Notes under the pieces: generated by a model
Seen by the model: only the letters and a program-made list of their open reading frames with translations
Told to the model about the DNA's origin: nothing
The model's database searches: none
In this document: piece by piece, positions 7,383-14,087 of the stretch
How positions within the stretch are numbered: position 1 is the first letter of the stretch
Layout: every line of letters starts with the position of its first letter
Translations under genes and position numbers: made by a program
From: a virus
Length of the DNA: 14,087 bases
UHGV virus genome: UHGV-1356053
Strand: one strand, 5' to 3'

Positions 7383-9436
7383 GAAACTTCCCCATTGGTT
7401 GAAAATATGGCTCCTCCAACGCCAAGTGTATTTCGTGTTGCGCTCAACCTCAGAGGGCTGGAGTCAGAATTAGAATATCCTGTAGCAGAAATAAAAGATC
7501 CTCCACTAATAGTCAACTGCGGAACATCGGCTATATCTGAATAAGTTCTGTCAGCAACAGTATTATTTATAGCCACATGTGATCCAAAAAAACTTCTTAT
7601 TGTTTGGTTTTTAACTTTACTTCCTTCAATGGTTATCCTACTACCACAGTCGGCAATAAATCCTGAATCTGCATCCAGCGTTGCATTCATAAAAGAAGCT
7701 TCAGATCTCTCTACATCAATCCATCTAATATCTTTTGTGGGATTTGCACCAAATACATGACAAATATTAGAGTTAAACCTTACTCCATCTTGGAGGTGCA
7801 TTAATTTTTTTATATCTGTACCCCATAGCCTTGGAAAATTAACAGATGCTCCTGCATGGCAATCAAATCCCAGCTCAGCCCCTGAGATATCTACAGCCTT
7901 TCCTGAAATAACAGCGCCAGTGTCTGCATTAACGGCTGTTCCACAATTGCGCATATCATTACCAGCAACATCAACACAACCCGCACCATCAATACGCACA
8001 CCAAGCGCACATCCATAAAAACCTTTTTCAATATTTGGTTCAAGGACTTTACCACTTGTTTCTGCATCACTTTCTTCAACGTCATGTCGTCTTGCATCAA
8101 CATATGCTGTATGAATGCAGGTTAATCCACGATATGAGCAGTGTATAGTTTTATGGTCGCGTATATTAACATTTGAACCATCTCTTACATTCCACCCCAT
8201 ATAACAATAGCTTGCACTTGACCCCTGAAAATCTGCTTTAACATTATAAATACAATTAACTGACGCAACCGTACTCTCTGTGCACCGTTCAAACTTGCTT
8301 ACAGGCATTGATGCCTTGACATTATTTACCAGTTGCAGGGAAGAGTATCTGCTATAAGAAAAATCACATACGTAATACCCTTCTGGCATATATGCAGCAA
8401 CACTTTCCTCATCAGGAGCACATCCGGTATGATATGCACTAATTTTTGCACCAAAGCTACCATGAATTCCAACGTAGAACTTTCGAGCACCTGAATACGG
8501 ATAGAAATTAAGTTCAGCTTTTTGAGTTACAATAAATGCACAAACATCGCTATCATCTCTATTTTCTTCAATCTGAATAGCAAATACAGGACTTTTTGCT
8601 GCATCGCAAATGTAAAATAAATATTTGTATTCGTAATACGTCCTAACAGTTTTAGTAAACAAACTGGTATCAGAGAAAACCACTGAGTCTTCTGATATTA
8701 TTTTAATCCATGATAAGTCACATCCTGCTGAAATTTCTATTTGCTCATTGAGCACAAAACCGGAAAGAATTTTAATTATGCAAAAATCAATGCCATTTTT
8801 CCATAGTGGACGCAGTGCAACAGCTGAGTTTAGAGCATCACTAATAGATTTAAAATTACCATATTCCCCAACTGTTATTGTGAATGCATACCTGGAATTA
8901 AATACTGCGGCACTCTCTCCAGAGTTAATAGCTGCAGATATCATGTCATAATTTGATATAAAATCATTTGGCGTGATTATTTCTGCGTTTTTATTGTGCT
9001 GTGTTCTAAGTTTTGAATTTACATGAACACTTTTAACTGCAATACGGGAGTCGTCAACAAGTATTTCATTACCCTCTGTTGCTAACTCTTGTCTTAACTG
9101 ATCCGGGTCATACTTCAGCACATTCGGAAAATAGAACTGCTGCACACCGTACGCATCATAAACAGCCATAGAATGGCCCTGTACAGTAACGAATTTGGCA
9201 ATCTGTCCGTTATATACAGGGTAACCAGCAGCGTTAATGATGATTGGTTGCGAAACAGGAACGTGAGAACCGTCTTCGTTTTCCACATAAACCTGAATCT
9301 GGTTTTCAGGATTTACCGGGTCAGTGTCAATTTTCCCGATATAAATTTTGCCATTGGCTACGGCTTTAAAAGAACGCGCCATAGTGAAGAGTTGCGAAGG
9401 CATACTCACTACAACATTGGCTGTAATGTCTGTCAT
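7379..9436 (-). CDS. Tailspike protein: P22/Sf6-type N-terminal head-binding domain plus divergent receptor-binding (putative depolymerase) body, 685 aa
   Basis: N-terminal ~115 aa ([46 protein letters not shown]...NVLKYDPDQ) match the podovirus tailspike head-binding domain as recalled; the rest is Gly/Asn/Ser/Val/Cys-rich repetitive sequence compatible with a beta-helix; GGAG 8 nt upstream of the ATG. Confidence 0.95.
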   Translation of the reverse strand: MTDITANVVVSMPSQLFTMARSFKAVANGKIYIGKIDTDPVNPENQIQVYVENEDGSHVPVSQPIIINAAGYPVYNGQIAKFVTVQGHSMAVYDAYGVQQFYFPNVLKYDPDQLRQELATEGNEILVDDSRIAVKSVHVNSKLRTQHNKNAEIITPNDFISNYDMISAAINSGESAAVFNSRYAFTITVGEYGNFKSISDALNSAVALRPLWKNGIDFCIIKILSGFVLNEQIEISAGCDLSWIKIISEDSVVFSDTSLFTKTVRTYYEYKYLFYICDAAKSPVFAIQIEENRDDSDVCAFIVTQKAELNFYPYSGARKFYVGIHGSFGAKISAYHTGCAPDEESVAAYMPEGYYVCDFSYSRYSSLQLVNNVKASMPVSKFERCTESTVASVNCIYNVKADFQGSSASYCYMGWNVRDGSNVNIRDHKTIHCSYRGLTCIHTAYVDARRHDVEESDAETSGKVLEPNIEKGFYGCALGVRIDGAGCVDVAGNDMRNCGTAVNADTGAVISGKAVDISGAELGFDCHAGASVNFPRLWGTDIKKLMHLQDGVRFNSNICHVFGANPTKDIRWIDVERSEASFMNATLDADSGFIADCGSRITIEGSKVKNQTIRSFFGSHVAINNTVADRTYSDIADVPQLTISGGSFISATGYSNSDSSPLRLSATRNTLGVGGAIFSTNGEVS

Positions 9437-9472
9437 TTAATTTGCTCCAGATACAAGGAATCGCCGCAGCAT

Positions 9473-9519
9473 TGCCACAGTGATGCATTATTAATCAAAC
9501 AAAGAGACCGCTGTGGTCT
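9473..9519. promoter_or_regulatory. Candidate operator elements in the divergent tailspike/mnt control region
   Basis: TGCCACAG (9473-9480) and its inverted near-copy CTGTGGTC (9511-9518; reverse complement GACCACAG); local palindrome AGACC-N5-GGTCT (9505-9519); lies in the 146-bp gap between the tailspike and mnt starts. Confidence 0.35.
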
Positions 9520-9582
9520 TATTGAGGATGCAACCAGCAGATAATAAGATGCCGATCCACTCACAAAAGCGAGGCATCAAGA

Positions 9583-9834
9583 ATGGGAAGAGATGACCCG
9601 CAATTTAATCTGCGGCTACCTTACGAATTAAAGGAAAAACTAAAACAGCGAGCCAAATCCAATGGCCGCTCTCTTAATTCAGAATTAGTTCAGATAGTGA
9701 CTGATGCTGTATCAAAGCCATCCAAAATTTCAGGCTATCGAGACGATGCGGAACGCATCGCTGATGAGCAGTCAGAGCTTGTTAAGAAGATGGTGTTTGA
9801 TACGCTGAAGGATTTGTACAAAAAACCCACCTGA
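9583..9834 (+). CDS. mnt: Mnt-type ribbon-helix-helix repressor (83 aa)
   Basis: MGRDDPQFNLRLPYELKEKLKQRAKSNGRSLNSELVQIVTDAVSKPSKISGYRDDAERIADEQSELVKKMVFDTLKDLYKKPT matches P22 Mnt along its whole length as recalled, including the C-terminal ADEQSELVKKMVFDTLKDLYKK. Confidence 0.93.
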   Translation: MGRDDPQFNLRLPYELKEKLKQRAKSNGRSLNSELVQIVTDAVSKPSKISGYRDDAERIADEQSELVKKMVFDTLKDLYKKPT

Positions 9835-9850
9835 AGGTGGGTTAATTTTT
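9824..9850 (+). terminator. Rho-independent terminator of mnt
   Basis: AACCCACC (9824-9831), loop TGAA, GGTGGGTT (9836-9843), then AATTTTT; the mnt stop codon lies in the loop. Confidence 0.75.
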
Positions 9851-9868
9851 GCATTTACCTGGGCCATA

Positions 9869-9897
9869 TTGACTACTTATAAAATGAGATCAATATT
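9869..9897 (+). promoter_or_regulatory. Candidate sigma70 promoter for the small downstream gene
   Basis: TTGACT (9869-9874), 16-17 nt spacer, CAATAT/AATATT (9891-9897); about 35 nt upstream of the RBS at 9925. Confidence 0.35.
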
Positions 9898-9933
9898 TAA
9901 TCGCCCAATAACGGGTGTATGTTGAGGTATATC

Positions 9934-10113
9934 ATGGCGAAAAAACCAGGTGAAAACACAGGAAAAAACGGCGGAATATACCAAGAAGTTGGCCCACGCG
10001 GCGGTAAGAAAGACAATTTTGCAACCGTCAAGGACAACGAAAGGCTTCCACCAACAACAAAGCCAGGTCATGGCTGGGTATTGGATAAGCGAACTCCAGA
10101 CAGCAAAAAGTAA
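9934..10113 (+). CDS. Small Gly/Lys-rich hypothetical protein (59 aa), tentatively YjzC-like
   Basis: ATG 9934 with GAGGT 5 nt upstream; MAKKPGENTGKNGGIYQEVGPRGGKKDNFATVKDNERLPPTTKPGHGWVL...; flanked by its own promoter candidate and a terminator. Confidence 0.6.
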   Translation: MAKKPGENTGKNGGIYQEVGPRGGKKDNFATVKDNERLPPTTKPGHGWVLDKRTPDSKK

Positions 10114-10118
10114 TAATC

Positions 10119-10141
10119 AAGCCGGGTCACTCCGGCTTTTT
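10119..10141. terminator. Bidirectional intrinsic terminator between convergent genes
   Basis: AAGCCGG (10119-10125), loop GTCACT, CCGGCTT (10132-10138), then TTTT; the stop codon of the minus-strand HExxH gene (10127-10129) lies within the hairpin. Confidence 0.7.
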
Positions 10142-10492
10142 GATATGTCGCTCGCAGAACTCAACAAGCCTGCTCATTAAGTAGCAGTAAGTCTCGTTGG
10201 CTCTTCCTGGTTCAACATCAACACCTACCCTTGAGCAGATATCGAATGCCATGTGAGCGCACTCATGGGCAATAGTAGATAGTTTGCCATTGAACACGCC
10301 TATCACATGCAAAACACCATTCTCGCTACTCATTGTATGAGACGCTCCGTTGGCGTCCGAGTCATGCACGTCAACGCCAAGTTTTTGATGCAGGCGTTGC
10401 CATTCTGGAAAGTCTCTACAAAACACAATTGTACCGCTCTCAAAGAGCGGAACGAGCATCTTTGGTACGTTTCCAATGTTAACTTTTTTCAT
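10127..10492 (-). CDS. Small soluble HExxH-motif protein (putative minimal Zn-metallopeptidase-like), 121 aa
   Basis: ATG 10492-10490 with AGGA upstream; IAHECAHMAFD (HExxH) followed by Glu residues 16-22 positions downstream (VDVE, NET), a gluzincin-like arrangement; no hydrophobic segments. Confidence 0.7.
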   Translation of the reverse strand: MKKVNIGNVPKMLVPLFESGTIVFCRDFPEWQRLHQKLGVDVHDSDANGASHTMSSENGVLHVIGVFNGKLSTIAHECAHMAFDICSRVGVDVEPGRANETYCYLMSRLVEFCERHIKKPE

Positions 10493-10526
10493 GGTATCCT
10501 GCGCAAAACTAAGGAGAGTTAATTAT

Positions 10527-11012
10527 ATGAAAAAATCACTGTTAATTATCCCGCTTCTGCTGGCTGGGTGCGCAAAAGTAAGCGACTATCAGGCAAGTTG
10601 CGAGCAACGCTATCCAAAGCTTAGCGATATGGCTAATTGCCTTGATGCCAGCTTGAAGAACGACTCTCGCATGGCATCAGCACCAACACCTAAGCTGTAT
10701 GTCCTTGCTGCGAAGATGCTCGGGCAAGGTGTCGATGAAGGCAAGATAAGTGACACACAGGCAAGACTTGAACTTCAGAATCTTTATGTTCAATTACAAA
10801 GCCAAGAACAAGCACAACAAATAGCACAAAGCCAAGCATTCCAGCAGGCTTTATTGAATTATCAGGCTGTAAACACAATGCAAGCGATCGAGCAAAAAGC
10901 GCGCCAGCCTGTTATAACTCAACCTTACCCAACACGCGTTGACACATATACAAACTGCAATTCAGGATTTGGAAACACGGTAACATGCAACAGTAGCAGT
11001 AATATCAGATAG
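10527..11012 (+). CDS. Lipoprotein with Gln-rich coiled-coil region (161 aa)
   Basis: ATG 10527 with AAGGAG 10 nt upstream; signal peptide MKKSLLIIPLLLAGC with lipobox LAG-C, Ala at +2; four further Cys in two pairs; QSQEQAQQIAQSQAFQQALLNYQAV coiled-coil-like. Confidence 0.8.
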   Translation: MKKSLLIIPLLLAGCAKVSDYQASCEQRYPKLSDMANCLDASLKNDSRMASAPTPKLYVLAAKMLGQGVDEGKISDTQARLELQNLYVQLQSQEQAQQIAQSQAFQQALLNYQAVNTMQAIEQKARQPVITQPYPTRVDTYTNCNSGFGNTVTCNSSSNIR

Positions 11013-11025
11013 TTATATCTTATTT

Positions 11026-12873
11026 TTATTGCTGTTCTGCTGTAATTTGGCTTGAAAGTATAGGGCGTATCGCATTTGCAGCATTATTTAGCGCTCTTTC
11101 ATAGGCTGGTGTTCCTGCTTTGGTGTTTGCCAAACGTAAGAGAGCATTCCTTGCTGCTTTTGACTCATACAAGCGCATCATTGCACCGAAACCAGCCTCA
11201 AGCCCCATTGATACGCCAAGAGTCGCAGTTGCGCCAATCGTCCTTATCCTGTTGGCTTGCGATTGCCCCGTCTGAGTTACTACATTTGCGGTGTCTGACC
11301 TTGCTGTTTGCTGTAGAACTTCATGAAGAGAATCAAGCTCTTTCATGTGCTTTCCAGAAAAAATAGTGTTGTAAATTTCACCGCCTGACTGAGATTTCAG
11401 CTTATTAACTTCAGTGATGAACTTGGCTGGAGAGTCACCGGCCTTTTCCGCTATTTTGCTGACATAAGCTGCACGCATAGCATCTTTCCCTTTATTATCC
11501 AATGCGCTCCAGATTCGTTTCACGTCAGATGGTTTTCTGCTTAATACAACGGTATTTATAAGTTCAGGACTGGCTTCACTGCTTGCCTTGTTGAGCTTGT
11601 TAGCAATGTTTTTATTAAGCACCTTATTATAAACGTTTGCATAATCGGAATTTGCTTTAAGGTATTTTGCTGCGTCTGATGCACCGAGGTTTTTTGCAAC
11701 TGCGTTACGAAGATCTTTTGACATTGCATTCTCTACCATATTGGTAGCTGCTTTTGCCTGGTTTGGGAAGACCATAGCATCTCCCTGAACATTAGATCTA
11801 AATGCTGTTCTGTGCTGACGCAAGAGATCAAACGTAACATCCAAATCAGTTGCAGGGTTTGCTAATTCTTCACGTAGGTTACGCAAGGATGTAAGCAGGC
11901 TTTGATTGGCAGACGTCCCAAGCCGTTCCTGTCTTGCGATCGCTGTATTCAGAGCATTCATGGTATTTGTGGTATCAACTGCGGCATTACCCATTTTATT
12001 GGTGACGTCATTGATAACAGCGCCAGCGGCATCCTTCCGCCCCCTTAACGTGGTGGTAAGAGATTTCACCACATCATCAGGGTTGTACTCACCAAAACGG
12101 TCAAAATAATTACTTACCAGCTTACTACGCGTTGCATATTGCTCCGCTCGCTTTGAGCCTGTCCCGAGCAAAGCCCCCTCGGCATCCTGAGTTAGGCCGC
12201 GAGTGAAAGCATTTTTCGGCGGGATAACATCAGATGTCATTGGTGTCACGCCCATCGATTCTGATGTGGCAATTTTCTTCGCCACTTCTGGCGCAATATC
12301 ACCTTTTATAGCCGTTATTCCACGCCCTATTCCCTTTGCTGCTGCGGAAAGAACCCCCTGAGCGGCAAGGTTAACTCCGGCATTTTTAGCTGCATTTTGT
12401 GCGAAATCGCCTTTCTGATTTGCGGCCTCTGCCAGTGATCCAATAGCCATGCTTCCTGCCGTTCCAACTCCTGGAACTAAATACCCGCCAATTGTTTCTC
12501 CAGCTTGCGCATAAGGGTCTGTTGGTCGATCGACTGGACGATAGACATCGTCCAAAACCTTGGGGCCACCAAGCCCCTGGCTGATTGCATTAATCAGACT
12601 TGCGCCGCCCTGCAATACGTCAAATGGTATGTTTACCAGACCACGACCAGCCTGTTCCGCAATTTGCCCTGCACTTTGACCACCAGTGAGCCAATCGCCA
12701 GCTTGTTGCATCAATGATGGTTCTTCCCGTGTTGGTGCATTATTGGCCTGATTAACTGTTTGTTGCTGAACAGCCTGACCAGCAAAATACTCATCAATGG
12801 CGGTGCCAATATCTTCGGTGCTCGTACCATCAGGAAAGGTAAATATCTTACCGTTTGCAGTTACTTTCATCAT
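11026..12873 (-). CDS. Ejection (DNA-transfer) protein, P22 gp16-like by size and position (615 aa)
   Basis: Ala/Gly/Gln-rich soluble protein of the size expected for gp16, immediately upstream (in late-operon direction) of the sieA/immI-position island and tailspike. The second ATG (12870) has the better-spaced GGTGG RBS. Confidence 0.8.
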   Translation of the reverse strand: MMKVTANGKIFTFPDGTSTEDIGTAIDEYFAGQAVQQQTVNQANNAPTREEPSLMQQAGDWLTGGQSAGQIAEQAGRGLVNIPFDVLQGGASLINAISQGLGGPKVLDDVYRPVDRPTDPYAQAGETIGGYLVPGVGTAGSMAIGSLAEAANQKGDFAQNAAKNAGVNLAAQGVLSAAAKGIGRGITAIKGDIAPEVAKKIATSESMGVTPMTSDVIPPKNAFTRGLTQDAEGALLGTGSKRAEQYATRSKLVSNYFDRFGEYNPDDVVKSLTTTLRGRKDAAGAVINDVTNKMGNAAVDTTNTMNALNTAIARQERLGTSANQSLLTSLRNLREELANPATDLDVTFDLLRQHRTAFRSNVQGDAMVFPNQAKAATNMVENAMSKDLRNAVAKNLGASDAAKYLKANSDYANVYNKVLNKNIANKLNKASSEASPELINTVVLSRKPSDVKRIWSALDNKGKDAMRAAYVSKIAEKAGDSPAKFITEVNKLKSQSGGEIYNTIFSGKHMKELDSLHEVLQQTARSDTANVVTQTGQSQANRIRTIGATATLGVSMGLEAGFGAMMRLYESKAARNALLRLANTKAGTPAYERALNNAANAIRPILSSQITAEQQ

Positions 12874-13010
12874 TCCACCGTAAATTGAATGCCTGATTTT
12901 GAGGTATATGATCCAACCTGATTCCGTGGTTCTCCTGAAGGTGTCGAATCTTGTGCTGGCGCTGCGTCAGTATTCATTGACATATACCGCTTAACGGCAC
13001 TCCCCAATGA

Positions 13011-14087
13011 TTCACCTTTTTTAACATCCAACCCCAATATCTGACCGCCATTACGCTTCAGCTTATCAGGCAGAACAATGATATTGAGCGTTCAGGCGCT
13101 AACAATGTTGGGCTGACTGCTTTGCAAGGCCTTTCAGGTATTGCTGGGGTGTTTCAGCGGGAAAAGCAGGCTCAGCGGCAGAAAGAATTTCAGCAGGCAT
13201 ACGCTAATGCTTATGCGTCTGGTGATCGCGGTGCTTTGCGTCAGTTGGCTACTCAATATCCAGACCAGATTGAATCCGTTCGTAAAGGCATGGGGTTCAT
13301 TGATGAAGAGCAGCGTAATTCTATCGGCACCTTAGCGGCTGGCGCACGCCTTGCGTCATCGTCTCCAGAAGCAATGCAATCATGGCTGCAAAACAACGCC
13401 AAGGAACTGACTCGCGTCGGTGTTGACCCTAACAGCGTTGCTCAGATGTATCAGCAGAATCCTTCAGGATTTGGTGAGTTTGTTGATCACCTTGGAATGG
13501 CTGCTCTTGGTCCGATTGATTACTTCAATGTTCAGGACAAGATGGCTGGTCGTGAGATTGACCGAGGCAGGCTGGCAGAGACAATCCGCAGCAATCAGGC
13601 TGGTGAAGCACTTCAGGCGAGAGGGCAAAACCTTTCCTATCAGTCAGCAATGACTGGGCACAATATCGCAGCACAACGCTTGGCTCTGGATCAGCAAGAG
13701 TTCGGGTTTAAGATGCAGCAAGCGCAGGAAAAGGCTCAGCAGTTGATTAGCGAAGCACCTAAGCTGTCAGTAAACATGGAAAAAGGCATCGAGACGGCTG
13801 TAAACAATGCCACAGCATCATCAAACTCAGCCAATTCCATGAGTGCGCTTGCTCAACAGTTCAGAGCAGAAAAACCAACGACCGGCTTGTTCGGTAACGC
13901 ACAGAACATGTTCGCAAAACTTACCGGAAGCGATACGACATTGCGTGATTTGCGCATTCGCCAAAATGCCCTTGTTAACAGTCAGGTTCTTAAATTCCTA
14001 CCTCCCGGCCCAGCAACGGATAAAGACGTTGAGATCGTTCGACAGGGTGCGCCAACTGACATGGATAACCCTGAGACGGTCGCAAGA
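13011..14087 (+). CDS. Large Ala/Gln-rich protein, partial (runs out of window); 5' end unresolved
   Basis: One plus-strand frame is open for 359 codons from 13011 to the window end with no stop (checked codon by codon); no complete minus-strand ORF of 60 aa or more in the track. Candidate starts TTG 13122, GTG 13149, ATG 13290; none has a convincing RBS. Confidence 0.6.

Larger units (their letters stand above)
1..14087. mobile_element. Segment of a P22-like (lambdoid) temperate phage genome, attP (non-integrated) configuration
   Basis: P22-type integrase and excisionase next to a 46-bp tRNA-Thr-like att core; tailspike with P22/Sf6-type N-terminal head-binding domain; Mnt-type repressor; cIII/kil/annealing protein/SSB order typical of early-left operons; phage-type genes on both sides of the att core. 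Confidence 0.9.

Noticed and set aside
6983-7544. ORFs 6983-7213 (minus) and 7245-7544 (plus)
   Set aside because: They overlap the 99-aa gene and the tailspike 3' end in other frames or antisense, with no RBS; the translations are low-complexity.
7891-9544. Antisense or out-of-frame ORFs within the tailspike (7891-8103, 8748-8951, 9173-9544)
   Set aside because: Embedded in the tailspike gene; the AT-rich sequence gives long chance ORFs.
9437-9582. Search for arc/ant genes next to mnt
   Set aside because: The gap is only 146 bp with no ORF of Arc size; arc/ant appear genuinely absent.
9877-10071. 64-aa minus-strand hydrophobic ORF antisense to the small Gly/Lys-rich gene
   Set aside because: No RBS; antisense to a gene that has a clear RBS, promoter and terminator.
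10307-10522. 71-aa plus-strand ORF inside the HExxH gene
   Set aside because: Antisense to the HExxH gene; no RBS.
10690-12717. Shadow ORFs inside the lipoprotein and ejection genes (10690-10878, 11076-11366, 11906-12109, 12505-12717)
   Set aside because: Opposite strand of well-supported genes; no independent signals.
12908-12994. 28-aa ORF ([28 protein letters not shown]) with GAGG RBS in the divergent gap
   Set aside because: Too short to call; may be a leader peptide or the frameshifted 5' end of the downstream large gene. Kept only as part of the finding on that region.
13141-13653. Track ORFs 13141-13335 and 13420-13653 (plus strand)
   Set aside because: They are out of frame with the 359-codon open frame covering the same region, which has much stronger coding character.
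1-14087. CRISPR arrays, IS elements, rRNA or complete tRNA genes
   Set aside because: No array of regularly spaced direct repeats, no transposase-like ORF with terminal inverted repeats, and no rRNA-like sequence seen.

Overview
This window reads as a contiguous piece of a P22-like (lambdoid) temperate phage genome in its non-integrated, attP arrangement; I see no host genes. The plus strand (1-6791) carries the distal early-left operon: a small membrane protein, cIII-like and kil-like genes, a Rad52-type annealing protein, SSB, a run of 'ea'-type accessory genes, xis and a P22-type tyrosine integrase. The integrase ends 15 bp from a 46-bp att core that matches, from memory, the 3' part of enterobacterial tRNA-Thr. 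Converging on attP from the other side (minus strand) are a gp16-like ejection protein, a tailspike with the P22/Sf6-type head-binding N-terminus but a low-GC divergent body, and a coupled 99-aa membrane protein. Between the ejection gene and the tailspike sits an accessory island in the sieA/immI position: a lipoprotein, a small HExxH protein, a small Gly/Lys-rich protein with its own promoter and terminator, and an orphan mnt repressor with no arc/ant. This island is my best candidate for an undescribed exclusion or defence module. At the far end a large plus-strand open frame without a clear start runs out of the window, divergent from the ejection gene. All product calls rest on motif recognition and recalled homologies; no database search was possible.
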